From assembly GCF_006345805.1 (NCBI RefSeq), contig NC_043001.1:6944001-7008000 (forward strand): a stretch of 64,000 nt of DNA, in the 5' to 3' direction. Below, one piece after another: positions 1 through 12,683 of the stretch (its first letter is position 1; every line of letters begins with the position of its first letter). The position numbers and the translations under genes are program-made. Origin of the DNA: Octopus sinensis (Eukaryota). Below the pieces are notes generated by a model that made no database searches, was not told where the DNA came from, and saw nothing but the letters and a program-made list of their open reading frames with translations.

Positions 1-409
1 TTAGAATCCTCTTCATGCTTTCTGATACTATTCCCAATGAGCCAACAATAATTTTCCATAGCCGGTTCATTTCGTACTAAAGCAGGTGGCATTTATCTAT
101 TTATTTGCCTTCCTTCTCGAATATCCGAGCGTTAAATGGCCATTAAACATCAACTATAGATAGCAAATGCGATGTACATTGTCCACCACAACTAGATACA
201 CTCTGTTATGCTCTAGCACCTGATCTGTTCGGATTGGAAATCCCAGAGGATTTTGCTAGTCTCCGACTACATCACTCTCTGTGGTTTGTTCTCATACCAC
301 GTCTTGCCTCTCTCTAGCTGCCACTTTTCGAACAGTTTCCATGTACAACTTTCAGTACCTGATCGTGTAACGATTTTGGGCAGCTCTAGAGCATTCGTTT
401 GTGATACAG

Positions 410-410
<1 letters not shown>
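1..410 (-). mobile_element. Decayed C-terminal part (zinc-knuckle tail plus restriction-like endonuclease) of an RLE-type non-LTR retrotransposon, R4/Dong/NeSL-like; runs off the left edge
   Basis: Manual minus-strand translation across frameshifts and stops gives KTWYENKPQRVM*SETSKILWD-FPIRTDQVLEHNRVYLVVVD..ICYL-VDV*WPFNARIFEKEGK*IDK..LWKIIVGSLGIV. This matches the RLE pattern WDFxIxTD..HNRPD(I/L)VVVD..IDV..P....KE.EK..KY..(I/V)GSLG. Confidence 0.8.
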
Positions 411-448
<38 letters not shown>

Positions 449-560
449 TATTATTATTATTATTACTATCATCATCATCGTCGTCATCGTCATGCTCCTC
501 CTCCCCCTCCTCATCATCATCATCGTCATCATCATATTCATCATTGTTGTTGTTGTTATT

Positions 561-633
<73 letters not shown>

Positions 634-650
634 GTAGCAGCAGCATCTTG
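411..650. repeat. Compound trinucleotide microsatellite (ATT)n/(ATC)n/(GTT)n/(GTA)n
   Basis: Directly visible; explains the poly-I/S/L/V ORFs at 253-686. Confidence 0.97.
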
Positions 651-1226
651 TCTTAGATAAATTTTATGATAGATTTGGCTGCACACCCAGGTGCAGCTCG
701 TTGAGCACCGTCGTCATTTGGGAACGTAGAATTGTGCGTATATTGTATATGAGTTCCTCATTGTTCAGGAATTTGTTTAGAAACTTCAGACAAAATCAAT
801 AAATAACAGTGTTATCTTTGTCACGTGAGACAGACACCACATAACACAATAATATAATAAAACACAAAATATTCAGACTATAAAAATTATTTCAAACTTT
901 TTCTTTTCATTTTATTTGTCTCATACATTTCTGCTTCGATTTAACATAGTTTCTTTCTGTAAGTTTTCAGAATAAATTATTAATACGCTTTGATTAGACA
1001 GGTATATATTTCAAGGTAAAATTTAGAAATTATTTCCTTTTTCTTTCGTTTGTCTGTATGTGTGTTTGTGTGCGTGCGTGCGTGTGTGTCCTTTATCCGT
1101 CATATTTTGAATAGCTTCGAAGGCGGCGTGCTAGGAGTATTCGTAGCAGTTACACAAAATGTTTTAGCGGTAATTCATCTGTCTTTATGTTCATGATTCA
1201 TTTACTAACGAAAACGACTTTGCCTC

Positions 1227-1227
<1 letters not shown>

Positions 1228-1260
<33 letters not shown>

Positions 1261-1309
1261 ACTCATCATCATCAATAATATTATTATTATTATTATATTA
1301 TTATTATTA

Positions 1310-1348
<39 letters not shown>

Positions 1349-1370
1349 CATCATCATCATTATTATTATT
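1228..1370. repeat. (ATC)n/(ATT)n microsatellite
   Basis: Directly visible. Confidence 0.95.
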
Positions 1371-2149
1371 AAATGCTTGAATCTTGCTTAGTATTTACAC
1401 AGGTTGACTCCATGTCTCAGTCAGAATCTCAAGAGAAATCAAGTTAGAAATGGAAGTCGGTATCATGGCTAAGGTGGTTGATAAATGTCATGTTTTTGGA
1501 TTTTTAAAAAATATTGTTCTAGTAGATGTCTGTCAAAAAAAAAAGGAAAAAACAGGAAAATTAAAAGTTTGTTTTAAAAATTGTTTGGTAAGTCGATGGT
1601 GAGTTCTTAAGTGAATGCTCCTTGCTATTACATATATTTAAAAGCAATATTGATATATTTACAGATTAAAATGTCTTTGGAATTGCATAGAGTATTTTTC
1701 ATAATGTATGGGTAGTTTCCATGAGCAAGAATGTATTGAATTACTTCCATTTATGGATTTCATACAAACTGGGTTGAGTAATAATCAGACTATTTTGTTG
1801 TCATTCTACTGTTCTAGTTTTCACTTTCCATGGGTTAATGTCGTACATGTATGCATTGTCATGTGATCATATGGAATCGTGCTTGTATACGAATACCCGA
1901 AGGTGTACTGAAAAATTCCTCGTTTTAAGTGTATCGCGAAAGGCCTGGTTCTCGGCCCAGAATTCCGAGTTCTTTTAAAAGGCTTTAAAAAAAACGAAGG
2001 ACCGCTGGAAGAAGAGGGTGAATCTGAGAGTGGAATATGTTGCATAAAATCATGATCAACTGATCTATCTATATTTTTTTCTTTTTGCCCAAATCAAGGA
2101 AGCTTTCAGCATCCATTTATATACTCTTTTACTCTCTGTTTACTCTTTT

Positions 2150-2529
2150 ACTTTTTTTTCATTCATTTGACTGTGGTCGAGCAAATCGACCACGAGACTT
2201 ATTATTTTGTAAGCCCAGTACTTATTCTATCCGTCGCTTTTTGCCGAACCGCTAAGTGAAGGGGACGTAAACACACCAACATCGGTTGTCAAGCGATGTT
2301 GGGGGGGGGGGGACAAACACAGACACACAAACACACACACATACATATATTTATATACATATATACGACAGGCTTCTTTCAGGTTTCGTCTACCAAATCC
2401 ACTCACGAGGCATTGGTCGGCCCGGGGCTATAGAAGAAGACAGCTACCCAAGATGCCACGCAGTGGGACTGAACCTGGCACCATGTGTTTGGGTAGCAAG
2501 CTACTTACCACACAGCCACTCCTGCGCCT
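2150..2529 (-). mobile_element. tRNA-derived SINE, family A (CORE-like centre, internal CA/TA microsatellite)
   Basis: Minus strand starts AGGCGCAGGAGTGGCTGTGTGG (A-box-like), then GGTTCAGTCCC (B-box-like) and GGCATCTTGGGTAGCTGTCTTC (CORE-like). Homologous copies at 26305, 30783, 40050, 40620 and 46939. Confidence 0.85.
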
Positions 2530-2646
2530 ATATATGCATAACATTAAAGGAGTCCTTACATTTAATATAAATATAGCCCTAAATTATAGCCATAAACTTA
2601 TATTTTCATATAGAGAAACATATATACATACGCTTTCGCTCCTATA

Positions 2647-3028
2647 TCTCTCTATATATAAACGGCAGTTCGTCTGTGCGTGTTTCTGTGTGTCTGTTAG
2701 GTTGTACCCTCACCCTGACCACGGCTTTCAACCGATTCTGATGAAACTTGACACACACAGCCCAATTTCATAATTCAAAACTAACGCAGCGAAAATTTTG
2801 AAAAGTCCCCCCAGTTCTGAAAAAGATCGATAAATTCAACATGGGGTCGACAATCAGAAATACAAACCACAGATGGTCATAGGGACGCAACTCGACCTTT
2901 TTAACTATCAAAAAAATTTACCATAATTTTTTTCCCATTTTTTTTCTATTTTTTGGCTATAACTCTCAAAAAAATCCTTTATAGTTATTTCCCTTACAAA
3001 CCCGAGCAACGCCGGGCGATACTGCTAG
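2647..3028 (+). mobile_element. Non-autonomous Helitron-type element
   Basis: Starts A|TC(TCTCTATATATAAACGGCAG), ends with hairpin CCCGAGCAACGCCGGG (3001-3016) followed by CTAG|T at 3025-3029. These are the Helitron termini and A|T target; no TSD. Confidence 0.8.
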
Positions 3029-3291
3029 TATGTATATATTTACATGCGTGTTGGGAGAGAGAGAGGGGAAGAAGGAGACAGAGACAGTCAAAGACAGAGA
3101 AAGAAGGTAAGACAGAAAAGTATATATGTATGTACACGAACATAAAACACACACAAATGTATACAGATATAGTAAAGGAAGAGTAATATGATAGAAAACA
3201 ACATTTTTCAAACTATTGGACAAAGAAAACGAGACTCCCTCTGCGTTCACGCGCAAACGCAGATACACATTCGGACGTGCACAACTTTTCT

Positions 3292-3352
<61 letters not shown>

Positions 3353-3564
3353 CAGGATACAATCATTAACCGTTGGTTAATAAAAACGAGGCTATTGTTA
3401 CCAAAGTAGCCAATGTGTTCAGTGTCAATAGTTGTATATCTTTTGCCTACAGCCATATAGACACCCACAAACACGTTGGGCATAGGAAACTTGACCAACA
3501 TACACACACATACACACATGAATCTCTCTTTCTTCCTCTGTCTCTCTCTATATATATATAGATA

Positions 3565-3630
<66 letters not shown>

Positions 3631-3667
3631 ATATACACACATACATATATATAGAGTCAGACGCCAT

Positions 3668-3852
3668 GATAGATCGTTAGCTACTACACACATTTTTTCT
3701 CTCCTTGTTTTTTTTCTGTGTATCTTTCTGTAGAAGAGCGTAGGGTCGAAACGTAAAACGATTTTTTTTATTCCTGAGCGCTATACTAATACATGTGTTT
3801 GTTTGTACACCACCTGCCTTCGTCTTTTGTTTATTTTCGTAAACTTTCCCTT
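3668..3852 (+). mobile_element. Penelope-like 3' terminal module with hammerhead-like motif (CUGU-core family, copy 1)
   Basis: About 190 bp homologous to 9847-10048 and 45995-46200(-); contains TCTTTCTGTAGAAGAGCGTAGGGTCGAAACGTAAAA (3723-3758); followed by (TA)n. Confidence 0.65.
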
Positions 3853-4084
3853 TATATATATATATATATGTATATGTAAGTATATATAATATGTTGTTTT
3901 CCAGCAAAATAAAGCACCGTAAAGAATTAGCAGTATAAATATAGCTATAGATTAGTGGTACAGCAGGGCACAAATATGTACTAGAAATAGTAGTATGTAC
4001 TCTTACGACGCTATAGTAAAGCTTCCCTAAGAATATACTGACAAAGACTGCTATTTCCAGTAAATGTATGTATATATATGTAGG

Positions 4085-4162
<78 letters not shown>

Positions 4163-4171
4163 AATCTATCA

Positions 4172-4228
<57 letters not shown>
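4085..4228. repeat. (TCTA)n microsatellite
   Basis: Directly visible; gives the IYLS-repeat ORF. Confidence 0.97.
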
Positions 4229-4581
<353 letters not shown>

Positions 4582-5171
4582 ATATATATATAAATATACA
4601 TGCATGCATACGTATATATATATACATACATATATATTATATATATATACATACATATATACTTTATATATGTATACATGTATGCATGTAGACTTGTATG
4701 TAAATGTATATACACATGTATAGAATAGTACAGAGCTCTGCTAGCCAGTAGTACCATTATTCTTACCCCCATGTTTGTGTTTGGGCAGGTGTTGTGTGTG
4801 AAGAGGTAACTGAAAAAATTGAAAGCCAGAAGAATGGCCATGCTGGAAAGCTTATTTCCTAATCACTACTGTTGTTTCGCCGCACCGTAGTTGTGCAGGT
4901 ACTTCCTTATACACCTGTTTCCCTAATAATGAGAGCTATTTGTGTTACCTCGGTCGGTACCTAAATATTGTCTCCATAAGTTTAAGACCATGGGTTTCAA
5001 GAACTTTCTATCTGTCTGTCGCACTCTGAATTTTAAAGTATCCTCTTAGTTTATTAGGGTGTTTTCTAGCTTTGATTGTGCAGATATAGTGGAATGGTGA
5101 TGTTAGCACTGTTCAAGTGGTTGCCGTTTTAGGGGATTGGTATTTCATCTCTTTGTATTGGGGATTTGTTC

Positions 5172-5224
<53 letters not shown>

Positions 5225-5235
5225 ACACTGAGATA

Positions 5236-5772
5236 CGAGGGTGAGTCAAAAAGTAATGCCATTTTGTTTAGGACAGGTATAATTACAAACATAGGAACAT
5301 GTATCATACACCAAAATGAAGCTGCTCCTCTGAGGATCACATCCTAACTACTCAACATTGTCACCGTTTCTCTCATTAGCAATGTTCCACCTTCGAATGT
5401 GAGCATGTATCACTGCCCTGTAAAATTATGTTGACTATTCTTAGAACCACTTCTTCGCTATAGTTTTCACTTCCTCGTCACTGGACTATCATCTTTTCGA
5501 CCGGATGAGAAAAGAGAGGCAAACATTATTCCAGTGACAAGGAAAAGAAAACTATAGTGAAGACGTGGCTCAATGAACAGTCAGCAGCATTTTACGGGGC
5601 AGGGAACATACTCTCATTCAAAGGTGGAATATTGCTATTGAGAGAAACGGTGACTATGTTGAGAAGTAGGGATGTGGTCCACAGAGGAACAGCTTCATTT
5701 TCATACATGTTCCTGGGTTGGTAATATTACCTATTCTCATCGTAATACCATTACTTTTTTGTCTCACCCTCG
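5236..5772. mobile_element. Mariner-derived fold-back MITE with ~250-bp inverted arms and TA TSD
   Basis: TA|CGAGGGTGAGTCAAAAAGTAATG ... CATTACTTTTTTGTCTCACCCTCG|TA. Arms 5236-5485 and 5530-5772 are inverted copies encoding a mariner C-terminus (GKHYSSDKEKKTIVKTWLNEQSAAFY..RWNIAIERNGDYVEK*). Confidence 0.9.
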
Positions 5773-7359
5773 TATATAACCAAAATAGCTAGTTACAAAA
5801 TCTCTATAAGAGGTGCAAATTAAATTTATACTAAGAAGTATCGTTTGTAACCATTTCAATATGGTGCTTCCGTACGAATCAACATTACTAGCATGTTCTT
5901 ATGTGTGCGTGTGTGCGCATATGTGCAAGTGTGTTCCGTAAGTATTTGACTAATTCGAGTAAATAAATTGAGTTAGCAATATGTGACAGATCAAAATTAA
6001 CAGTGATGTTCAAATAACGTTCCCTGAGATATTGGCTATATGCTGTAGTACAAGAATCCTTTGACAATTTCCTTCTCGAATGAAGGAAATACCTTCTGGT
6101 GGAATCATAAAAGTAATAATGTTATTGTTAATCATTTATGATATAAAGTAAAATTACGCGAATCGCGAGAATATTAATAATGTATATTATTTTATTTAGG
6201 CCTGAAATATAATGTATAATTGGAGTTAAATTGAAATCAACTAAAATAGTTTAGCATAAATAATTGTAGCTGTCGCAACGGGGTTCATGGAATATTAAAG
6301 TGCAGAACAGCTTAAAATAATTTGAAGATATCATAATTGAAAATAATTTTATTTAAAATGCACATTTATGAAAGCAATTTCTGCATTATTGTAAGTGCTT
6401 TCACCTGGGGCCATGTGTGATTGTCGTTATAAACTAGGTAATTAGCAGTAAATGGCAAACACGCACTCACACACACACGTATATACTTGTATACACACCG
6501 ACACACACTCACACACACAAAGACGCACACATATGTATATGGGTATATATATATATATATATGTGTGTGTGTAGAAGGTTGAATATATATATATATATAA
6601 TGCACACATACACATGTATGTGCATAGGTACGCATACATATACATGTGCAAAAAGAAGACTATCTCCTCGCCTTCAATTACAACAATATTTTAACATAAT
6701 TACTAAAACACTTTTTTCATATAACTTAAAATCATGCGGCAACATTTCGAGTTGCCACCAGCATTTATTAAGATGCATGAATATTTCACTTAAAAAAAGA
6801 ACCATATATTTCAATGTTTTTGTCTTAATGTATCCTATAATGCCTTTTATACATTATATTAATTCTATATTTCCAACGAACAATAAAGTGATCGTGCTTC
6901 TACATCATATATTGTCAATTACATCCATGTTTTACATTGTCATACTCTATTTCAATAACATGGTATAACAGTGTAGTTACGTTTTTTTTTATGTACTACT
7001 TTATGAAATAGGATTAAATAGGATTTCCTACAGCGACATTTTGGCTGTAACAATTGTCAATTGTTATAGATTAATTTATTTATATATTCGCTTTTTTTTC
7101 TAGATGATATAAGAAAAGGAATGAATAGACATGTGTGTGGATTATATACGTTCAACATTATCAGCACTTGATGAACTAACGACGGACGTACTCTGGCTAG
7201 GAAGAAATCATCTGCAATAATAACTGATCCGTTTTCAATTAACGAATATTTGTGACAAAAATATTTTCTCTGAAATTAACGTTCCTAATTATAATCCTAA
7301 AAGGTTTTTACATATTTTACATTTGAAAACATTTACTATTATAATACTTTGGCCCTGAT

Positions 7360-7850
7360 TTCCTGCATATGGGAGCAGCATAGCAGATGTGAAACCTTGG
7401 CGGAAGAACGATCAATCTAGTCAATGGTAGGGGATAGAAGATACAGAGCAGAGAAATTCTAAGTTGATCAATGGCCAGGGTCAACCAGTTCAGTTAGAAA
7501 AATACTTCAATCATCAAAAGACGTGACTCACACTGATGATTATACTGAGCTGTCGAATGACTAGTCATGACTATAGAACATTCCAGAAACTCATACAGCA
7601 TCGGTCATCGCGCAGATTACCAAGGATCGTGACCAGGGGCGCCAGTTCTGGAACTTGCGTTCGACAAATCAGCTACAGAACAAAAATTGAAGTTTGCCAG
7701 ATGCAAGCATTCTGTTAAAGTATCGGTTTTTAATGTAAGAACATGGAAACCTATGTCTCTAATATCAAAATTTGCTGCATCGGCTATCAGCTTCCATATT
7801 GACATCTTGTAGGTGTACAGGAACACCGTCTTTTCGTTGATGATCTCAAT
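7360..7850 (+). mobile_element. 5' fragment of a LINE (start of apurinic endonuclease domain), RTE-like, decayed
   Basis: Translates as KLKFARCKHSVKVSVFNVRTWK..AASAISFHIDIL*-VQEHR, matching APE motifs (T/V)FNVRT and DIxxxQEHR. Confidence 0.7.
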
Positions 7851-8339
7851 TTGATGGGTTTAAATCCAAATTAACGTACGTATCCACAAACTTCCTCTTC
7901 CCACTACTTTTGGAAGCGTCCTCAGGATCGTAACAGAAGCAAATGCCATTACATTTCTGACTGGAGTGTCGCTGTGACCAACTCAGATTATGGATATTAT
8001 TTACATTTGACGATATTTGTTCTCATCTTGTTCGTTTCGGCTGATATTCGGGAAATTTCGAACCTTGGTTCACATTCCTAAGGTATTTTACGATGTTGCT
8101 ATTATATTATTCATCCTTTCGGAGTTGATGAAATAATTACAAGTTACACATTGGTGTCGATGTAATCGACTATTTCCCTTTAACCCAAATTTTCTAGGAC
8201 GTGTGCTTAGAGAGTTATGCTTTGTTCCTTCTCGAGCCACGGCTTTGTTTTTTTCCCGGCTTTGTTGGCGTATAGGTTCCCCACCTAGATGGGATGCCAG
8301 TCCGTCGCAGTCCCCAGAGTAGAAATAAATATTATAATT

Positions 8340-8990
8340 CTCTAACACGCTGACCTCCTTACTTTTGTTATTCTAGTTTGAAGGAGACAGCTGTGACGCA
8401 TCTTATTAAATACTGCTTACGAGAAATGCAGCAGCCACCTTCGATGGAAATGTCTTTACATGAGCAAAATGTTGAAGAGCGGTAAAGAGAAGGAAAGAGT
8501 CGATGAGTGGTGTTGGAGAGAGAGGGACATCACAGCTGGTTGAGAAAATTCCCAATTTCCGAATGTAGATCGTCGACAACAAAGAGATAGAGTTTGGAGT
8601 TGTAGCAACTGGAGACAGAATTATTCATAAAGATCTGAACATGCGCAAAATGCGTATAAAGTTTGATCTCAGGACGATCAGTGACAAGAATTCCTGGGGA
8701 GAGATGGTCAACAAAACTGTCACTCAACCTTCGTACTCTCTTGATCTCTGAAACATTTTGTTGCTCTCCACGCTGAATAAGAAGCTCAGCGACGGTCGTT
8801 TTGAAGACGAACGAGGCAGTCCTGGATATTTTAATTTGTGAAGACGTCGATAGGAGCTTTAATGGCGTGGATGGTTCGCCTCAATGTGTGAATTGAAATA
8901 CAATCTGAACGATATTTCAGTTTTACATTATTTTGAAATTAATAAATGACTCCCATAAAAGGTCTCAAAACTTTTGTAATGCATCCTGTA
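8340..8990 (+). mobile_element. Internally deleted mariner/Tc1 remnant
   Basis: RIIHKDLNMRKMRIKF and TVTQPSYSLDL (YSPDL-like) fragments; ends ...GCATCCTG|TA like a Tc1/mariner TIR. Confidence 0.65.
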
Positions 8991-9554
8991 TTTCTCATGA
9001 AATTGGGTGTTTATTCCTGCCATATGTGTATATATAGATATATCAAAGGATTTGAAATATATTAGCAAATAAATTATTTAGTGTATATTAGAATAATATA
9101 ATAATTTAAGGCGTTGTTGCACATAAAATATTGAAACAAATTTGAGGTTTAGAAAATATTGTGTTCAATATTGTATACATGCCAAGAATAATTTTGTCCG
9201 ATAATTAAAGTATACAGAAATATTTTATCGTGATGACTATTTGGCAACTATTTCAATATTCTTTGAATACACTTATTAACTAGAACACATTAAATGTTTT
9301 ATTATTTTCATTGTAATGAACTAAATAACAATCAAAATATAAATATTTGGCAGGTCATAAAGGGAAAATACATTAAAGAGAGAATCACGGAAAATTAAAA
9401 CTAAAAACAATCTTGCATCGATAGAAACAGAAGCCCATAACTCCACAATTAGATACGTCTGTTCACCGAATAACATTCACACAAGACGCGCGCACAAATA
9501 CATAGATATACGCAAATATATTCATACATACACACCACATGTATATGTGTGTGT

Positions 9555-9846
<292 letters not shown>

Positions 9847-10048
9847 GATAGATCGTTAGCCACTACATTTTTTCTCTCCTTGTTTCTCTCCTTTTTTTCT
9901 CTCCTTGTTTTTTCTGTGTCCCTTTCTGTAGAAAAGCGTAGGCTCGAAACGTAAAAGATTTTTACTATTCCTGGGCGTTATATTAATACATCTCTTTGTT
10001 TTGTACATCACCTGTCTTTGTCTTTTGTTTTTTTCGTAAACTCTCCCT
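9847..10048 (+). mobile_element. Penelope-like 3' terminal module with hammerhead-like motif (CUGU-core family, copy 2)
   Basis: CTTT CTGTAGA A AAGC GTAG GCTC GAA ACGT A AAAG at 9922-9957; homologous to 3668-3852; followed by (TA)n. Confidence 0.7.
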
Positions 10049-12140
10049 ATATATATATATATATATATATACATATGTGTGTGCAAAGGGAGCGGGAGAG
10101 CGAGGAAGAGAGAAAGATAGTTAGGCGGACTAGATATGTGTGCGTATGTGCATGTGCTTTTCTATATTCATGTATGCGCATGTGTGCGATCTCTTGATCG
10201 TGTCTTCGATTCTAGGACAGAGCGGAGTGTCGTGTTCTCGAGCGAAAACCTCCATTTCACGTCCCTCCAGTTCACTCGGCTGTAAACAGGTAACCAAGCG
10301 ACGGTCTAGCCTTGCTTTCACAGCAAATGCTGACCTTCTCGTCGCCTAGCCAGCGGCGTGACAGCATTCGTAAGCGCATAGTGACCAATGATGTATAACA
10401 ACATCCAATAGAGAAGACGATCGAGAGATATTCTCTCATTTCAAATTAATTATATCCATATCCTCCATAACACATACATCCATCTTCTAGAAATAACGGA
10501 CAGTGAATTGGGTCCCGTGTATCTTGGTGTGTCTAGATGCTCATAACGCTTTTGCCAGTTTACTTTCAAAGCGAACATTTTTCTACCTATTCAAAAGAAT
10601 TTGGCACCCCAACCATTGGGCGACACGCCTTCACGTATCTGATATAGATAAAAAATAATTAGCAGACATAAATCAGTACTCTATATTGTTTATTAGAGAA
10701 TATATATATGTCAACGATAATTCAAACGCTGGCTTATTGAATATAATACATCAAATCTACTATATTACCTACTAATACATAAAATCTACTATGTTAAAAA
10801 TTCTATATACCAGTGTAAAATTACTTCAGGTAAAATCTATTTTTTATATAGGCAGTTCATCTTCTAAGTTACGTAAATGACTTTCTAATCATTGCTGTAC
10901 ATTTAAGGATAGGAATAAACGTAACAGTACAGAGCTTACTAAATTAATTTGGTATCTTAAACACCACAATAAAGAATTTAATTTCGATCGGTTGATTCTG
11001 TCAATTTCGATCCCTTATGTTAAATGCAAGGAATTCTTTCTTCTCTGTAATTCTGAAAATCTTTTATTCTTTTCTTCTAAAAATCCCCTTGGAAACACGG
11101 TTATAGTGCGTACATACGGATTTGAACATTAGCAGAAACACACTTTTAGCTGATATAAGCCGCATATATGACTATATGTAATTTAAACATTAATTTTCTT
11201 CTTACATTTTGCATTCACTAGATATATTTTTTTCAAGACTTTACGGTTTTATTTAATTTACATATCGTTATATACTTCTCATTTATTTTGTATTTTTCTT
11301 TTCTTTTCTTTACCCCTCCTCTTTCTATGTTTTTCTCAGTTTTCCTGGTTGCGGGTCTCTGAGAACTTCGTCAATATCGATATTCTTTCGGCTATCTTGA
11401 AAACGGCTGAACCACTCGCACACCTGTGTGTGGCTCATACACTCTTCCCCATACACTCTCTGCAACTATGTATCAGCCTCTGAGCAGGACCATCATATCA
11501 GCTTTCCCTGTCATGGAAATTGATAGATGCAGATATACAAATATACCGCGGTCAATATATTGTGAAAATATATACGTAAACACATATACAGACACACACC
11601 TACAAAGCGTTAGGAACATGCGCATAAACATAATATTTAGATGAAAGTGGCTCGAAATCTAGATCTTTTCTAAAAGACGGACAGAATTTCTACGTAACTA
11701 AATAATTTGAAACTTCGTTTACTGGTAGCATGTGTCAAAAGAAAACATTAATTCCAATTAGTTTTTTTGAGAAAATTGTATTTTGTAACTTTTACGTAGT
11801 TTAATTCTTCGAATTTTAACCAATGACATCCCAGCATTTGAGCTAAATTCATTTGCTGAGTCTAAGTAAACAGCACACACACACACACGCACACGTGTTA
11901 TTCATCCAGGACTTCTATCTTCTGTCTTCTGTCTTCTGCAGGTGCTAGAAATAACAGCTATATCTCTTAAATCGGATCTTTTCTAAAAGATGGACAGAAT
12001 TTCTACTTAACTATATCTCTTAAATCGATGAATAAAAATATTAACGATATGTGGGTCAAGAGAGAACCGTTTGTGCGACCGTGTGTAATATATATATATA
12101 TATATATAATATAATATATATATAGTATATACGAGAGAAG

Positions 12141-12267
12141 CAACAAGAATGGATATGTTTTTAGTACAATCGTTTCATACAAGGACAGGCTTTATTAAAA
12201 GTTGCAACTTTTAATAAAGCCTGTCCTTGTATGAAACGATTGTACTAAAAACCTTCCATTCTTGTTG
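12141..12267. repeat. Palindrome with a perfect, loopless 96-bp core (12157-12252)
   Basis: Checked base by base around the centre AAAAGTTG|CAACTTTT; outer arms CAACAAGAATGGA / TCCATTCTTGTTG extend it. Confidence 0.95.
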
Positions 12268-12385
12268 TCTTTCCGCTTATAATCATACCCACATTACTGT
12301 ATTGTAAAAGTATAGTTTTTTTTGGTGTCTAAGTAGTACCATATTCAAGTAAATTCATTTAAATTAACTTGATCTTTATTGCTTT

Positions 12386-12443
<58 letters not shown>

Positions 12444-12647
12444 GTGGATATAAGTGTGTATATGTGAATATATATATATATATATAATATATACATACAT
12501 ATCTATATCTATATAATATATATATTATATAATATATATATATGCATGCACATACATATACATACATATGTATACCTATACGTACTCGTACACAGACACA
12601 TGTAGACTATATATATTCATATGTTTATACACACACACACACACACA

Positions 12648-12683
<36 letters not shown>

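Noticed and set aside
1821-2045. 74-aa minus-strand ORF (MQHIPLSDSP...)
   Set aside because: No recognisable motif or convincing splice context; short ORFs of this size are expected by chance.
2430-2529. tRNA-like A/B boxes at SINE heads throughout the window
   Set aside because: No complete cloverleaf; each continues into a SINE body, so they are not tRNA genes.
2735-2750. CTGATGAAAC inside the Helitron (also at ~59832)
   Set aside because: The two hammerhead core halves overlap with no stem II or flanking stems; it is a common transposon-internal motif.
11662-12027. 39-bp direct repeat (11662-11700 and 11975-12013) plus a 17-bp duplication
   Set aside because: Only two copies with no regular spacers; best explained as local duplication within TE debris, not CRISPR-like.
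12205-12252. Possible hammerhead in the palindrome arm (GAAACGATTGTA) and in the related module at ~12800-12860
   Set aside because: GAAAC and a stem III-like segment are present, but no CUGANGA-compatible core or stem I could be drawn.
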